A stretch of DNA of 64,000 bases from Mucilaginibacter sp. (GTDB lineage: Bacteria > Bacteroidota > Bacteroidia > Sphingobacteriales > Sphingobacteriaceae), in the NCBI RefSeq assembly GCF_039207105.1, contig NZ_JBCECK010000012.1:2632-66631 (forward strand). Direction: 5' to 3'. The notes beneath the pieces are model-generated. The model was not told where the DNA came from and made no database searches. It was given only the letters and a program-made list of their open reading frames with translations. Shown piece by piece: positions 1 through 9,651 of the stretch. The number at the start of each line of letters is the position of its first letter. Within the stretch, counting starts at the first letter, position 1. The position numbers and the translations under genes are program-made.

Positions 1-1034
1 AAATGCGGGCCCGGTGTGTATCTGGAATCGGCAAAAATCCCGTAGCTTTTTGAATTGAGGATGAAGTTGTTGTAAATCAGGTTGTCTCCAAGTCCCAAAA
101 CTATAATGCCATCTCCGGGAGCATTTTTGATCAGGTTGTTGTAGCATTTGCCTCCGGTACCTTCACCTATTTGTATGCCGTTGTTTTGTCCGGTAGCAAA
201 AGGTTTTATCCCGGGAGTTTTAACTGTGTTGTTATAAACCTCGCATCCGGTAATGGCTGCACCAATCTGAATGCCTTCGCAACCGGTTGAGTCTGTAATG
301 TTTCTGTATACCTTTAGGTTTGTCACATCATGAGGTAAAACCTTACCGCATGAAAGTGATACCCCGTCGGTATAAAAAGAGTTACCTATATAAAGTCCTT
401 CACCTCCGGTTTGGTGCACGTAGTTGTTGTGGATGGTTAGATTTTTCATGGTAAAGTGACCACGCTGAGTAGCTACATCGCATGTAGGATCCGTTTTGGC
501 CATAATGCCTGCAAAGCCACTATTACGAACTTCAACATTCGAAATCTCAAAATCTGAGCTCCGATCATCCATCGTCATACCAATGTTACCACCGTTGATA
601 TTAAACCCATAGGTAATACCAGCAGCACCATTTCCCAGTACCCTGAAATACTGACAGTTTTGTGTTTTAAAGCAATATCCCGCGGTAATAGATGTTGAAA
701 AAGTCACTTTACCACCCTTATTGATAATGGTAATAGGTTTTCCGGAAATTCCCTTTAAATTTTTAAACAATATGGCACCCCTGGTTCCGGCAGGTATATA
801 TATTGTAGAGCCTGGAGGTACGGTAGTGCCGTCAACCATCCATTGACTGGGCATAATAGTATAAGAATTACCGGTAGTGGCATTTGTGGTCAGCCCCGAA
901 CTATCTGTATTCGGATCTGAAGTTGTTGAGCTTGGTGCCGGGTCGGTTTTAATGGTACTTTTAGTACACATTACAAATGATGATATAACCAGCATGCCGG
1001 CTATCAGGCGTATAAAGTAGTTTTTGTTTTTCAT
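1..1034 (-). CDS. Putative lipoprotein with right-handed parallel beta-helix repeats; 3' end lies beyond the window edge
   Basis: Not in the ORF track. Hand translation from ATG 1034 is open to base 1: MKNKNYFIRLIAGMLVISSFVMC-TKS (lipoprotein-like signal), a S/T/P linker, then repeats such as IHNNYVHQTGGEGLYIG, VYNNTVKTPG, CYNNLIKNAPGDGIIV. Confidence 0.8.
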   Translation of the reverse strand, partial: MKNKNYFIRLIAGMLVISSFVMCTKSTIKTDPAPSSTTSDPNTDSSGLTTNATTGNSYTIMPSQWMVDGTTVPPGSTIYIPAGTRGAILFKNLKGISGKPITIINKGGKVTFSTSITAGYCFKTQNCQYFRVLGNGAAGITYGFNINGGNIGMTMDDRSSDFEISNVEVRNSGFAGIMAKTDPTCDVATQRGHFTMKNLTIHNNYVHQTGGEGLYIGNSFYTDGVSLSCGKVLPHDVTNLKVYRNITDSTGCEGIQIGAAITGCEVYNNTVKTPGIKPFATGQNNGIQIGEGTGGKCYNNLIKNAPGDGIIVLGLGDNLIYNNFILNSKSYGIFADSRYTPGPH

Positions 1035-1272
1035 GTATAAATTAGGGGCAGATTGTAAAATGTATTTGATTTTCAGTACCAATGTATTTTGGCTTTGTAA
1101 AGCCAGTGATTATACGTTGGTTTTTTTATAATGTTGTTAAGGCAGTGTTAATAATACCAAATTGGTATGATTATGATAAAATATGGCCCGATATTACACA
1201 TTATTTGCTATTTTTTGCAAGGAAACACCCGGAGAAAGATTTTGTTTTGAAAATTTTAGTAATTTGATAAAT

Positions 1273-1314
1273 AAAAAACAGGGTGCGTTTCTCGAATGAG
1301 AACGCACCCTGTTT
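1273..1314 (-). terminator. Intrinsic terminator of msrA
   Basis: AAACAGGGTGCGTT/AACGCACCCTGTTT stem; A-tract on + reads as U-tract on -. Confidence 0.8.
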
Positions 1315-1347
1315 AAGGTTTTTAATAAAATTTTTAAGCCTTGTGTT

Positions 1348-1839
1348 TTAACTTAGTTTCCAATCAGGTCTTTCAAAGTGGCAGGTGTAGCCATAAGGGT
1401 TCTTTTGTAAATAATCCTGATGTTCTGCTTCTGCATCCCAAAAATCTGTGGCAGGTACTACCTCGGTAACTATTTTGCCAGGCCATACTCCGGAGGCTTC
1501 CATTTCTGCTATCAGTGCATTCGCGGTATCGCGTTGGCTATCACTTAAATAAAAAATAGCAGAGCGATAAGAGGTCCCGATATCATTACCTTGCCTGTTG
1601 CGTGTGGTAGGGTCATGTATCTGGAAGAAATATTCAAGCAGCTTGCGATAAGATAGCTGCTCCGGGTCAAATGTTATGGCTATGCCTTCTGCATGTGTTC
1701 CGTGATTGCGGTATGTAGCGTTGGGCACATCGCCCCCGGTGTAGCCTACTATTGTTGAAATAACTCCGGGGTAATGACGTATCAGTTCTTCTACTCCCCA
1801 GAAACAACCGCCGGCCAGAATGGCTTTTTCAGTATTCAT
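1348..1839 (-). CDS. msrA: Peptide-methionine (S)-S-oxide reductase MsrA
   Basis: GGCFWG catalytic motif, HDPT..NRQGND.G..YRS, EAEHQDY, C-terminal GYTCH. Confidence 0.96.
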   Translation of the reverse strand: MNTEKAILAGGCFWGVEELIRHYPGVISTIVGYTGGDVPNATYRNHGTHAEGIAITFDPEQLSYRKLLEYFFQIHDPTTRNRQGNDIGTSYRSAIFYLSDSQRDTANALIAEMEASGVWPGKIVTEVVPATDFWDAEAEHQDYLQKNPYGYTCHFERPDWKLS

Positions 1840-1936
1840 GTTGCTTTATTTTTTAATTCATATAAATATACGATACAAGCGACTGAATGGCAAAAATAAT
1901 AGACTGATGTGCCATAACGATGACAAATGAAAACTA

Positions 1937-3805
1937 TCAATATCCATTATTTCCAAATTCATTAGAATTGATTATTGCATCCAGGAATGATTGCGGTATA
2001 GGGCGAACAACATGTTTCTTTTCATTAAAATTTAACGCTACCGATGGATTGGTTGACTGAAAATAAGCTTTAGTTAATTTGCCTGTACGTTTCAGATCAA
2101 TCCAGCGGGTATGCTCGCCGGCTAATTCGCGTGCCCTTTCGGCCAAAATAAAATCGATAGTCACTTCGGCAGGGGTAACTATCATTTCACTTTCGCGGCT
2201 TGTTATAGCGGCACGTTTACGGATCACATTAACATACTGCGCCGCTTTAGCCTGATCATTATTACTAAGCAGGGCAGCTTCGGCAGCAATCAGGTAAACC
2301 TCGCCCAGACGTATGATCGGGAAATCGCCCATCCAGTATTGGTTGGTATAGACCCACATTTTGCTGGAAAACTTTTTAAACGCCGGGAATATATTGATCA
2401 GGCTCGGCTCATTCGGAAAAGATGCAGGCAGTTTATAATCATTAGTGGCCGGGTCAAACAGATCTGTAGGGTCGGCAACCAGCATAGGCATTTTCTTTTT
2501 TACATCTGTTGGTATATTCCAATTGGGCGTAAACACGGCTAAGCCGGCATCGTTGGTCATGTTTTTTTGTTCTTCAAGCGTAGTTCCGGCAGGTAAAAAA
2601 TAGTCGGGCCCGCTGTAAAATGCTGTGGTATTCAAGATAGTTTTACCAACTATTGAAGCATCTTTTTGATAAGTTGTAGCCAACTGACTTGTTATTGGCT
2701 TATCAGCACTGGCGTAAAACTTATAAGTAAAGGTGTTGGCAAAGCGGGTATCTGGCGTGTTCTCTCTCGGATCAAAAATTTTGGTTAGTAAATAGCTGCT
2801 TGGCTTATATTGCTTAACATTTGAGCGGCCATAAAGTACACCTTTTTCCTGTGTGCCCCAATCGGCGCCACGGCCACCCAGATCAGGCTCATAGTACTGA
2901 CGGGTACGCCCCCTGTTATAACCTTCAGGATTTAAACCGGAAATCGCATCAATAGCTTGGAAAAACAAAAATTCAGGATTGTTCTTGTTATTCTTTCCAT
3001 CAAAAACCTTGGTAAAGCCCGATGTGGTGGCATCGCTCAAATAAAGCGAGCAACCGTATTTAGCCGGATTATTAATAAGTTCCTCGGCAGTTTCAAGCGC
3101 CAGCTTACCATACTGTTCTTTATCACCCAGACGGGTGCGTTGCAGGTAGGCCTTGGCCAGCATAGCATAGGCCGCTTTTTTAGTTACCCTGCCTCGTACA
3201 CTTTGCGATAAGGGCAAATTATCACAGGCAAATTTAAGATCAGAAATGATCAGGTCATAAAACTCTTTTTCAGAACTGCGTTTGGCCGATACCGCGCTTT
3301 GCTCAACCGCCGATGATTGTGTGCGCAAAACAACGCCACCAAATTGCTCAACCAGGTTAAAGTTTGCCCAGGCACGCCAAAAATAAGCCTCGGCGACTTT
3401 AGTATCTATTTCGGTTTGACTGCCATAGCCCTTTACGGTTTTTGAAAAAGTTATGGCCGTATTGCACAGGTTAATAGCCGAATACCAGCCGCCCCATATG
3501 GTTTTAATAGACCCTGTAGATGTGTTAAGCGTATTATCATATACGCAAAAGCCACTATCGTTAGCGCCATAGTTTATCCACAGATCGGTGCCCATTTCTG
3601 AGGGGCCAATAAAATCAACCTTGCCATAGAAAAAAAACATGTCATTATAACAAGCGTTGATCAAGCCTTCAAAGCCGGGTTTGTTATTGTAAGCTACATC
3701 AAGTGTGGTAGCACCGGGGTTGTACTCGTCAAGCTTTTTGCATGATGAGGCCAAAACTGCCCCGGTTGTAAATGCTACTATTATATATTTTCTTAAATTT
3801 TTCAT
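1937..3805 (-). CDS. susD: RagB/SusD family outer-membrane lipoprotein
   Basis: Lipobox ASSCKK; AEAYFWRA; FPIIRLGEVYLIAAEA; ILAERARELAGE..RWIDLKR; follows susC. ATG 3805 preferred over TTG 3811. Confidence 0.93.
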   Translation of the reverse strand: MKNLRKYIIVAFTTGAVLASSCKKLDEYNPGATTLDVAYNNKPGFEGLINACYNDMFFFYGKVDFIGPSEMGTDLWINYGANDSGFCVYDNTLNTSTGSIKTIWGGWYSAINLCNTAITFSKTVKGYGSQTEIDTKVAEAYFWRAWANFNLVEQFGGVVLRTQSSAVEQSAVSAKRSSEKEFYDLIISDLKFACDNLPLSQSVRGRVTKKAAYAMLAKAYLQRTRLGDKEQYGKLALETAEELINNPAKYGCSLYLSDATTSGFTKVFDGKNNKNNPEFLFFQAIDAISGLNPEGYNRGRTRQYYEPDLGGRGADWGTQEKGVLYGRSNVKQYKPSSYLLTKIFDPRENTPDTRFANTFTYKFYASADKPITSQLATTYQKDASIVGKTILNTTAFYSGPDYFLPAGTTLEEQKNMTNDAGLAVFTPNWNIPTDVKKKMPMLVADPTDLFDPATNDYKLPASFPNEPSLINIFPAFKKFSSKMWVYTNQYWMGDFPIIRLGEVYLIAAEAALLSNNDQAKAAQYVNVIRKRAAITSRESEMIVTPAEVTIDFILAERARELAGEHTRWIDLKRTGKLTKAYFQSTNPSVALNFNEKKHVVRPIPQSFLDAIINSNEFGNNGY

Positions 3806-3826
3806 TGTCAAAAAAAGTTTACCTGT

Positions 3827-6800
3827 TTAAAAAGATGCATTAAGGCCAAATACAATTTGTTTGTATAGCGGGAAACTGTCGCTGCCGCCTGTTTCCGGAT
3901 CAACATTTTTAAGCAGTTTGCTTTTAGCAAAAATCAAGGTGTTATAGGCCGTACCATAAACACGCAGTCTGCTCATGCCAATTTTGCCTGCTATATTTTT
4001 AGGCAGCGTATAACCCAGTGTTATATTTTTTATTTTGATGTACGAGCCATCAACCAGCGAAAGCGCCGAAGCATAGGTGGTATTAATAGTTGGGCCTAAA
4101 TAAGGTTGCGGAAAATCATTGCTTGCGTGTGTTGGTGTCCAGTAATTATAAAAGGCCGGCGGGGCAACAGCATTATAATAGCCCAGTAATTGCGCGTTAA
4201 TAGTTTGCCCGTAACGCATGGTGGCGAAGATTGACAGATCGAAAGCCTTGTAAACAAAGCTGTTTTGCAAGCCTATTGAAAAATTGGGTGTGCTGTGGCC
4301 TACAACCATACGGTCATCTGCCGAGTAGGGGTGAACCCCATTGTCTGATACGCCATTAACAACCTTGGGTACGGTTTGTAATTTGATGTCGCCTGGTTTT
4401 GCTCCGTATTTCGCGGCTTCGGTTTCCTCACCCAATTGCCAGATACCTGTTTTTTTGTAGCCGTAATAGATACTTTGCGGCAATTGCTGCCCTACAAACA
4501 GCAGGTTTGATATCAGTGCCGACGGCGCTAAGGAGTTACCCAGGTCAATTTTATCCAGCTTTTCTGTAGCATGGGTAAAGGTAAGGGAGGTATTCCATCT
4601 GAAGTTTTTTGAAATGATGTTGCGGCTGTTGATGGTTACCTCAATACCATTATTGCTTGTTTGGCCAATGTTTGAGGTAATGGTATACAAATTTTTGGCA
4701 TCATAACCGCCCGATGATGATGGTATGTTGCGCGGATAAAGCACGCCTTTGGTTTTGGTATAAAATACCTCGGTGGTAACATCAAGCCTGCCTTTAAACA
4801 TGGTCATATCTAAACCTAAGTTGGTACTGTATGATTTTTCCCAGGTCAGATCAGGGTTGCCTAAAGCTTGTTTTATTACATAGATAGGCAAAGCGGCACC
4901 GCTACCTAACGACATGTTAAATTCTGAAGTTCGCGAGGTAACCTCGGTGCTGCTTACATAAGCATTGATGTTTGCCGTACCAGCCACACCATAACCGGCA
5001 CGCAGTTTAAGATTATCCAGCCAGCCTTTGGTTGATTGCATGAAATCTTCATCGCTGATGCGCCAGCCTATCTGTCCCGACGGGAATGCCGCCCATTTTT
5101 TTACCAGTTGCGATGCGCCATCCCAGCGGTTGGTTAGCTGTACCAGATATTTACCTTTGTAACTATAATTTACACGCCCGGCAAATGATAGCTTATTTAG
5201 CTGTTTGTAAGTTGTGCCTTTGCCGGTTAGCGTTGTAAGGGCGCCCATGTTATAATACAGGTAGTCATTAAAATCAAGGCCCTGACCTGCTAAAAATGAA
5301 GTTTCTTCGCGCTGGTCGTTGTATGATGTGATACCGGTAATACTGAAGTTATGATCTCTGTTGAGCGTGAAATTGTAATTGGCAATGTTTTCCCACAGGT
5401 AGCCATAACCAGAGTTATTGGTATAGCTTGCCTCTTTGGTATTACGTGCTTCTGAAGCCAGGTTGTACGATAGCTCGTTGGCAAAATAACCATTGCGGGA
5501 TGATGCCAGGGTTACGCCCAGTTGCGACCGGATACTCAAATTAGTTATCGGATGAAACTCAATGTAAGGGTTAATAGCCGCGAATAAGCCTTTGGTATTA
5601 TTTACCAATACGCCCGGCGCATAGTTGGCAATAGGGCTTACGGTTGATACCTTATCAAGCGGGTACACATTGATATTGCCATTAGCATCATAAACATCGC
5701 CCAGCGGATAGGTGCCAAAGGCTTTGTTAATGCGGCTATTGGTTTGGTTATTATTACGCAGGTTGATGGTGGTTTGTAAACCCGCTTTAAATAAGTCACT
5801 AAATTTTACATCAACACCGCCACGTACATTGTAAAACGCGGTATTATCGCCCTGGTAAATGCCTTTTTCACCGATGTAGCCTAATGACATGTAAGCTTGT
5901 ACTGTTTCGTTGCCACCGCGCACAGCCACGTGATGGTTTTGTTGTACACCTCGCTTAAGGGTTTCATCAACCCAGTCAATCCATTTGTTTTGTTCAATAG
6001 CCGCAATGGCCGAAGCAGGAACGTTAGCATCGGCCAGCGATGACGGGAATTTGTTGTTGGTAGCAAAATACTTATCGCGGTTATATTGCACCCAGGCATC
6101 GCCAGATAGCGCTTTGGGATAAGAGGCAAAACCGTTCACGCCGTAATAACTATCCAGGTCGATCTGAACTTTACCTGATTTTGCCTTTTTAGTAGTGATG
6201 AGTATAACGCCGTTAGCACCTGCCGAACCATATATGGCGGTTGAAGAGGCATCTTTAAGTACATCTATAGACTCAATATCATTAGGGTTCAGGCTGGTGA
6301 TATTGCCGATGATGCCGTCAATCACATACAGTGGGTTTTGTGTAGCGCCACCAACAACCACACCATTTTGTATAATCTGAATAGAGCGGTTACCCCGCAG
6401 TAATACATTTGGAGCCGCACCGGTACTGCCATCCGTACGCTGAATATCTAAACCGGCAACACGGCCCTGCATAGCTTCAAGCGGGTTGCTCACCGGGTTG
6501 GCAGCAATATCTTCACCTTTTACTGAGGATACAGCGCCTGTAAGATCCTTTTTTTTCTGGGTACCGTAACCAATTACCACTATTTCGTCAAGGCCGGATA
6601 CGCCAAGCTCCATTTTTACCGAGATGGTGGTTTGGTTATTTACAGGAATTTCTTGTGTTTTATAGCCTACGAAGCTAAATACCAATATGCCGTTACCTTT
6701 AGGCAAAATGATTTTAAAATTACCCCTGGCATCGGTAAGCGCGGCCGAATTGCTGCCTTTTAGTTTTACAGTAACACCTGGCAGCGTTATCCCTTTTTCA

Positions 6801-7219
6801 TCAACTACGGTACCGGTAATGGTTACATCGGCTTTTGTGGTAACAGGTTTAATATTGGCAATTTGCGCTACAATTATGGTTTTATCCTGTATGCTGTAGC
6901 TTAAATTTTGGGCGGTTAAAATGTTATCAAGTACCTCTTTAAGCGGTTTATCCTTTACATCAATATTTACCGGCGATAAGCGATCCAGCATATCGGCGTT
7001 ATAAATAAAATTATAATCGGTTTGCTTATGCATGATGTTAAAAACATCTTCAAAAGTGGCCGATTTGATATGGATGGTAACGTTTTGAGCACGGGTTATG
7101 GCCGATGCCTGAAACACGCTTATTATGAGTAATGCGAAAATGAATTTCATAATAATCAGAATTTTTAAAAAATACAGAGCGGGTGGCCTGTATTGAAATA
7201 CGGAGTTATCTGTGTACAT
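3827..7219 (-). CDS. susC: SusC/RagA TonB-dependent transporter with N-terminal STN signalling domain
   Basis: STN-like N-terminus, carboxypeptidase-like domain, VVIGYGTQKKKDLTGAVS, IESIDVLKDASSTAIYGSAGANGVILITTK, C-terminal F. Confidence 0.95.
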   Translation of the reverse strand: MYTDNSVFQYRPPALYFLKILIIMKFIFALLIISVFQASAITRAQNVTIHIKSATFEDVFNIMHKQTDYNFIYNADMLDRLSPVNIDVKDKPLKEVLDNILTAQNLSYSIQDKTIIVAQIANIKPVTTKADVTITGTVVDEKGITLPGVTVKLKGSNSAALTDARGNFKIILPKGNGILVFSFVGYKTQEIPVNNQTTISVKMELGVSGLDEIVVIGYGTQKKKDLTGAVSSVKGEDIAANPVSNPLEAMQGRVAGLDIQRTDGSTGAAPNVLLRGNRSIQIIQNGVVVGGATQNPLYVIDGIIGNITSLNPNDIESIDVLKDASSTAIYGSAGANGVILITTKKAKSGKVQIDLDSYYGVNGFASYPKALSGDAWVQYNRDKYFATNNKFPSSLADANVPASAIAAIEQNKWIDWVDETLKRGVQQNHHVAVRGGNETVQAYMSLGYIGEKGIYQGDNTAFYNVRGGVDVKFSDLFKAGLQTTINLRNNNQTNSRINKAFGTYPLGDVYDANGNINVYPLDKVSTVSPIANYAPGVLVNNTKGLFAAINPYIEFHPITNLSIRSQLGVTLASSRNGYFANELSYNLASEARNTKEASYTNNSGYGYLWENIANYNFTLNRDHNFSITGITSYNDQREETSFLAGQGLDFNDYLYYNMGALTTLTGKGTTYKQLNKLSFAGRVNYSYKGKYLVQLTNRWDGASQLVKKWAAFPSGQIGWRISDEDFMQSTKGWLDNLKLRAGYGVAGTANINAYVSSTEVTSRTSEFNMSLGSGAALPIYVIKQALGNPDLTWEKSYSTNLGLDMTMFKGRLDVTTEVFYTKTKGVLYPRNIPSSSGGYDAKNLYTITSNIGQTSNNGIEVTINSRNIISKNFRWNTSLTFTHATEKLDKIDLGNSLAPSALISNLLFVGQQLPQSIYYGYKKTGIWQLGEETEAAKYGAKPGDIKLQTVPKVVNGVSDNGVHPYSADDRMVVGHSTPNFSIGLQNSFVYKAFDLSIFATMRYGQTINAQLLGYYNAVAPPAFYNYWTPTHASNDFPQPYLGPTINTTYASALSLVDGSYIKIKNITLGYTLPKNIAGKIGMSRLRVYGTAYNTLIFAKSKLLKNVDPETGGSDSFPLYKQIVFGLNASF

Positions 7220-7222
7220 TTG
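7192..7222 (+). promoter_or_regulatory. Antisense Bacteroidota housekeeping-type promoter overlapping the susC start codon
   Basis: Perfect -7 TACATTTG (7215-7222) containing the CAT of the susC ATG; -33-like ATTG (7192-7195) 19 nt upstream. Confidence 0.55.
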
Positions 7223-7227
7223 AATGT

Positions 7228-7312
7228 TAAGTGAATGTGTAACAAAAATTTATCTTGACATTGCTTATTAGCAACCGGGAGAGGGTGTTGGTAGCACCTT
7301 TTCCCTTGTTTA
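7228..7312 (+). ncRNA. Candidate cis-antisense sRNA (DonS-like) in the fecR-susC spacer
   Basis: Bounded by the + strand promoter and a + strand terminator; ends are approximate. Confidence 0.45.
7277..7311 (+). terminator. Antisense-strand terminator hairpin
   Basis: GGGAGAGGGTG-TTGGTAG-CACCTTTTCCC pairs fully on + using two G-U wobbles, which are A-C mismatches on -; followed by TTGTTT. Confidence 0.6.
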
Positions 7313-7333
7313 AGTTTATAGAGTGGGGTAATG

Positions 7334-8485
7334 TTATTTCATGACAATCACGCTCCTTCCCTCAATTTTAAAGTGAACCGTATTGGTTAGCTCCAGTTTA
7401 CTAAGCACTTTTTGAATATCTGTAAAGCGCGATACTGTTCCGCCAAAACGCATCTGGCTTACGTCGTCCTGGTATACAATATCTACATCGTACCATCTTG
7501 ATATTTTTTTCATGATGGTGCTTAATGGTTCATTATCAAACCGGAACAGACCGGTTTTCCAGGCAATAGCATTATCGGTATCAACGTTGTGGAGTTGTAT
7601 ACCCTTTAACCTGAGTACTGCCTGCTGCCCCGGAACTATAGTTTTTGAAATGCCCGAACTTGTAGCAGTTACCTTTATACTTCCCTGTATCAGTGTGGTT
7701 TTAGTAACCAATTCATCGTCATAGGCGTTTACATTAAAGTGAGTTCCTAAAACTTCGATACGCTGGTTGTTGCTGATCACGATGAATGGCATCTGCCGGT
7801 TATGGCTCACCTCAAAGTACGCTTCACCGGCTAATTCCACCTTACGTTCAGTTCCGGTAAACGCTACCGGGTATTTTAGTCTCGATGCTGAGTTTAGCCA
7901 TACGCGGGTCCCATCGGGCAGATAAACCTGGTATATACCTCCGCGCGGTGTTTCCATCACATTAAATTCAATGTTGTTTTGCACGTGCGGTGTAGCCGCG
8001 CTTTTATATACCAATTGTCCATTGGTAGTTTTGGATACGTTTGTCCCGGCTTGCCGGGCCAGCGTGCCTGCCGATTGATCGTCGAGCGTTATTTTTTTAC
8101 CATTAGCCAGCGTTAACACTGCTTTGTTACTACCATAAACAATGGGCCTGGGCTTTGCGGCAACCGTGCCTGCCTTATCTTTTAAGGCAGGATTGTATAA
8201 TACTTTATAAGCGATGATGCTTAAGGAAAGCAGCATTACAACTGACGCGGCTATGCTGTAGACATTGAAAAAACTGGTTCTGGAAGAATCTTGTTGTAAC
8301 CTGTCTTGAATATCATGATAGGCTGCTTTCTGATCATCCTCTGTCAGGTCATGGGTATTATCGGCATGATCAAAAAGATCATAGTACTCATCCAGAAAAG
8401 CCTTCTCGGCAGTCGAGGCGTTTCCGCTTGCAACTTTAGCAGCAATTTCCTGCAACTGTTTAATGTCTGGCTTTTTAGGGCTCAT
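7334..8485 (-). CDS. fecR: FecR family anti-sigma factor
   Basis: TM helix (SIAASVVMLLSLSIIAY); TPRGG.Y.V.LPDGTRVWLNSAS.L.YP; VLGTHFNVNAY; AWKTGLFRF. Confidence 0.93.
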   Translation of the reverse strand: MSPKKPDIKQLQEIAAKVASGNASTAEKAFLDEYYDLFDHADNTHDLTEDDQKAAYHDIQDRLQQDSSRTSFFNVYSIAASVVMLLSLSIIAYKVLYNPALKDKAGTVAAKPRPIVYGSNKAVLTLANGKKITLDDQSAGTLARQAGTNVSKTTNGQLVYKSAATPHVQNNIEFNVMETPRGGIYQVYLPDGTRVWLNSASRLKYPVAFTGTERKVELAGEAYFEVSHNRQMPFIVISNNQRIEVLGTHFNVNAYDDELVTKTTLIQGSIKVTATSSGISKTIVPGQQAVLRLKGIQLHNVDTDNAIAWKTGLFRFDNEPLSTIMKKISRWYDVDIVYQDDVSQMRFGGTVSRFTDIQKVLSKLELTNTVHFKIEGRSVIVMK

Positions 8486-8516
8486 ATTTAACTTTTAGAG
8501 AATTTAAAAACATATA

Positions 8517-8547
8517 AATAAGAGTATCCAAAAAAACGCGCGACTAA
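8517..8547 (-). promoter_or_regulatory. Candidate ECF promoter for fecR-susC-susD
   Basis: Minus strand TTAGTC..ACTCTT about 35 nt before the fecR ATG, positioned like the TAAGTA..CGACTT element before the second fecR. Confidence 0.3.
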
Positions 8548-8713
8548 AGGTTAGCACGGCTTTTGAAATCTTTTATTTAGTATTCGTTATAATTGGTTAC
8601 AGCGCCTTTTAAATAGAAAATAAGGCTTATAAATACATTGTCTGTATAAATTCAAAATCTCCTAAAAGAATTTTTATTTTTTTATAGGGGCGAAGAATCA
8701 GGAAATAATTTGC

Positions 8714-9289
8714 CTAACTGTACATTAAAATCAGGATCAGCAGCAAGTAATGGCTCAAATAAGCCTTAAGCCCGTTGAAGCTTGTAAGTAGCTGGTTTTG
8801 AACTGTTTTTTGCGATAGGTTTAACTGTTCACTAATATCCCTGGTTGATAGATCGTCCTGGTATTTGAGTTTGAATATCACTTTACGTTTTTCGGGCAAA
8901 GTATCCATCCATAATGCTATCAATCTTTGCAGGTCGCGCTCTTCAAACCAGCTTTCGGCGGTAAGCGGCGATAAAGCCATGCTCTCATAGGGTTCAATAA
9001 AATGTGCCGTATTGTTGCCTTTACCCAACCATGAATATATTTTGTACCGCACCGCGGTGTGTAAATAAGGTATCAGGTCTGTAATTTCTTTGGTTGAGCT
9101 TTTGTTCCACAGATCAGCAAAAACATCATGTATAATGTCTTTACAAACTTCTTTATCCTTTAAACGCTTGTATGCTGTTTTGTAAAGCTGGGCCCAGGTA
9201 CGGTCATAAATTTCGCTAAAAGCAAGCCTGTCGCCTTGTTTTAAAAAAGACAATAATTGCTGGTCACTATAGTGCGAATAAAAAGGCAT
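8714..9289 (-). CDS. ECF sigma-70 factor, Bacteroidota FecI-like type
   Basis: AFSEIYDR.W..LY..AY; DIIHDVFADLW; LPEKRKVIFKL; LSQKTVQNQL; directly upstream of fecR. Confidence 0.92.
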   Translation of the reverse strand: MPFYSHYSDQQLLSFLKQGDRLAFSEIYDRTWAQLYKTAYKRLKDKEVCKDIIHDVFADLWNKSSTKEITDLIPYLHTAVRYKIYSWLGKGNNTAHFIEPYESMALSPLTAESWFEERDLQRLIALWMDTLPEKRKVIFKLKYQDDLSTRDISEQLNLSQKTVQNQLLTSFNGLKAYLSHYLLLILILMYS

Positions 9290-9420
9290 AAAATTGGTTA
9301 AACAATATTACCTTTTTATAAACCCCAACTTTATACTATTTAATCAAGTCATTATATGAAGTTAGCATAAGTAATTTTGATAAAGCGCTCAAAATCTGTG
9401 TTCTGATGCTGATCGGTTTG

Positions 9421-9622
9421 TTATGATGCTATTCGCCCAGGATAATTTTTAAGATATAATTGTTTGTACGCTGATGGGGTCATACCAGTAATTTTTTTAA
9501 AGTGCCTGTAAAAGTTAGATACATTATTAAACCCGCAATCATAACAGATAGCATTGGTTGAGTGGCGGTTTTCAATTAACTGACGGCAAGCCTGACTTAT
9601 TCTGACCTGGATTAAAAACGCA
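9421..9622 (-). pseudogene. 3' remnant of an AraC family regulator (second HTH only)
   Basis: VRISQACRQLIE...ICYDCGFNNVSNFYRHFKKITGMTPSAYK; similarity stops abruptly near 9622 and no N-terminal domain or first HTH is encoded. Confidence 0.8.
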
Positions 9623-9651
9623 TTTGACCCATTAAAATAAAAACTCAAAAG

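Noticed and set aside
1082-1267. 61-aa ORF in the spacer before the beta-helix gene
   Set aside because: AT-rich TTG/ATG chance frame over a probable promoter region; no motif
9421-9648. 75-aa ORF as an intact mini-regulator
   Set aside because: Only the second AraC HTH is present; the first codons are the reverse complement of the neighbour's leader
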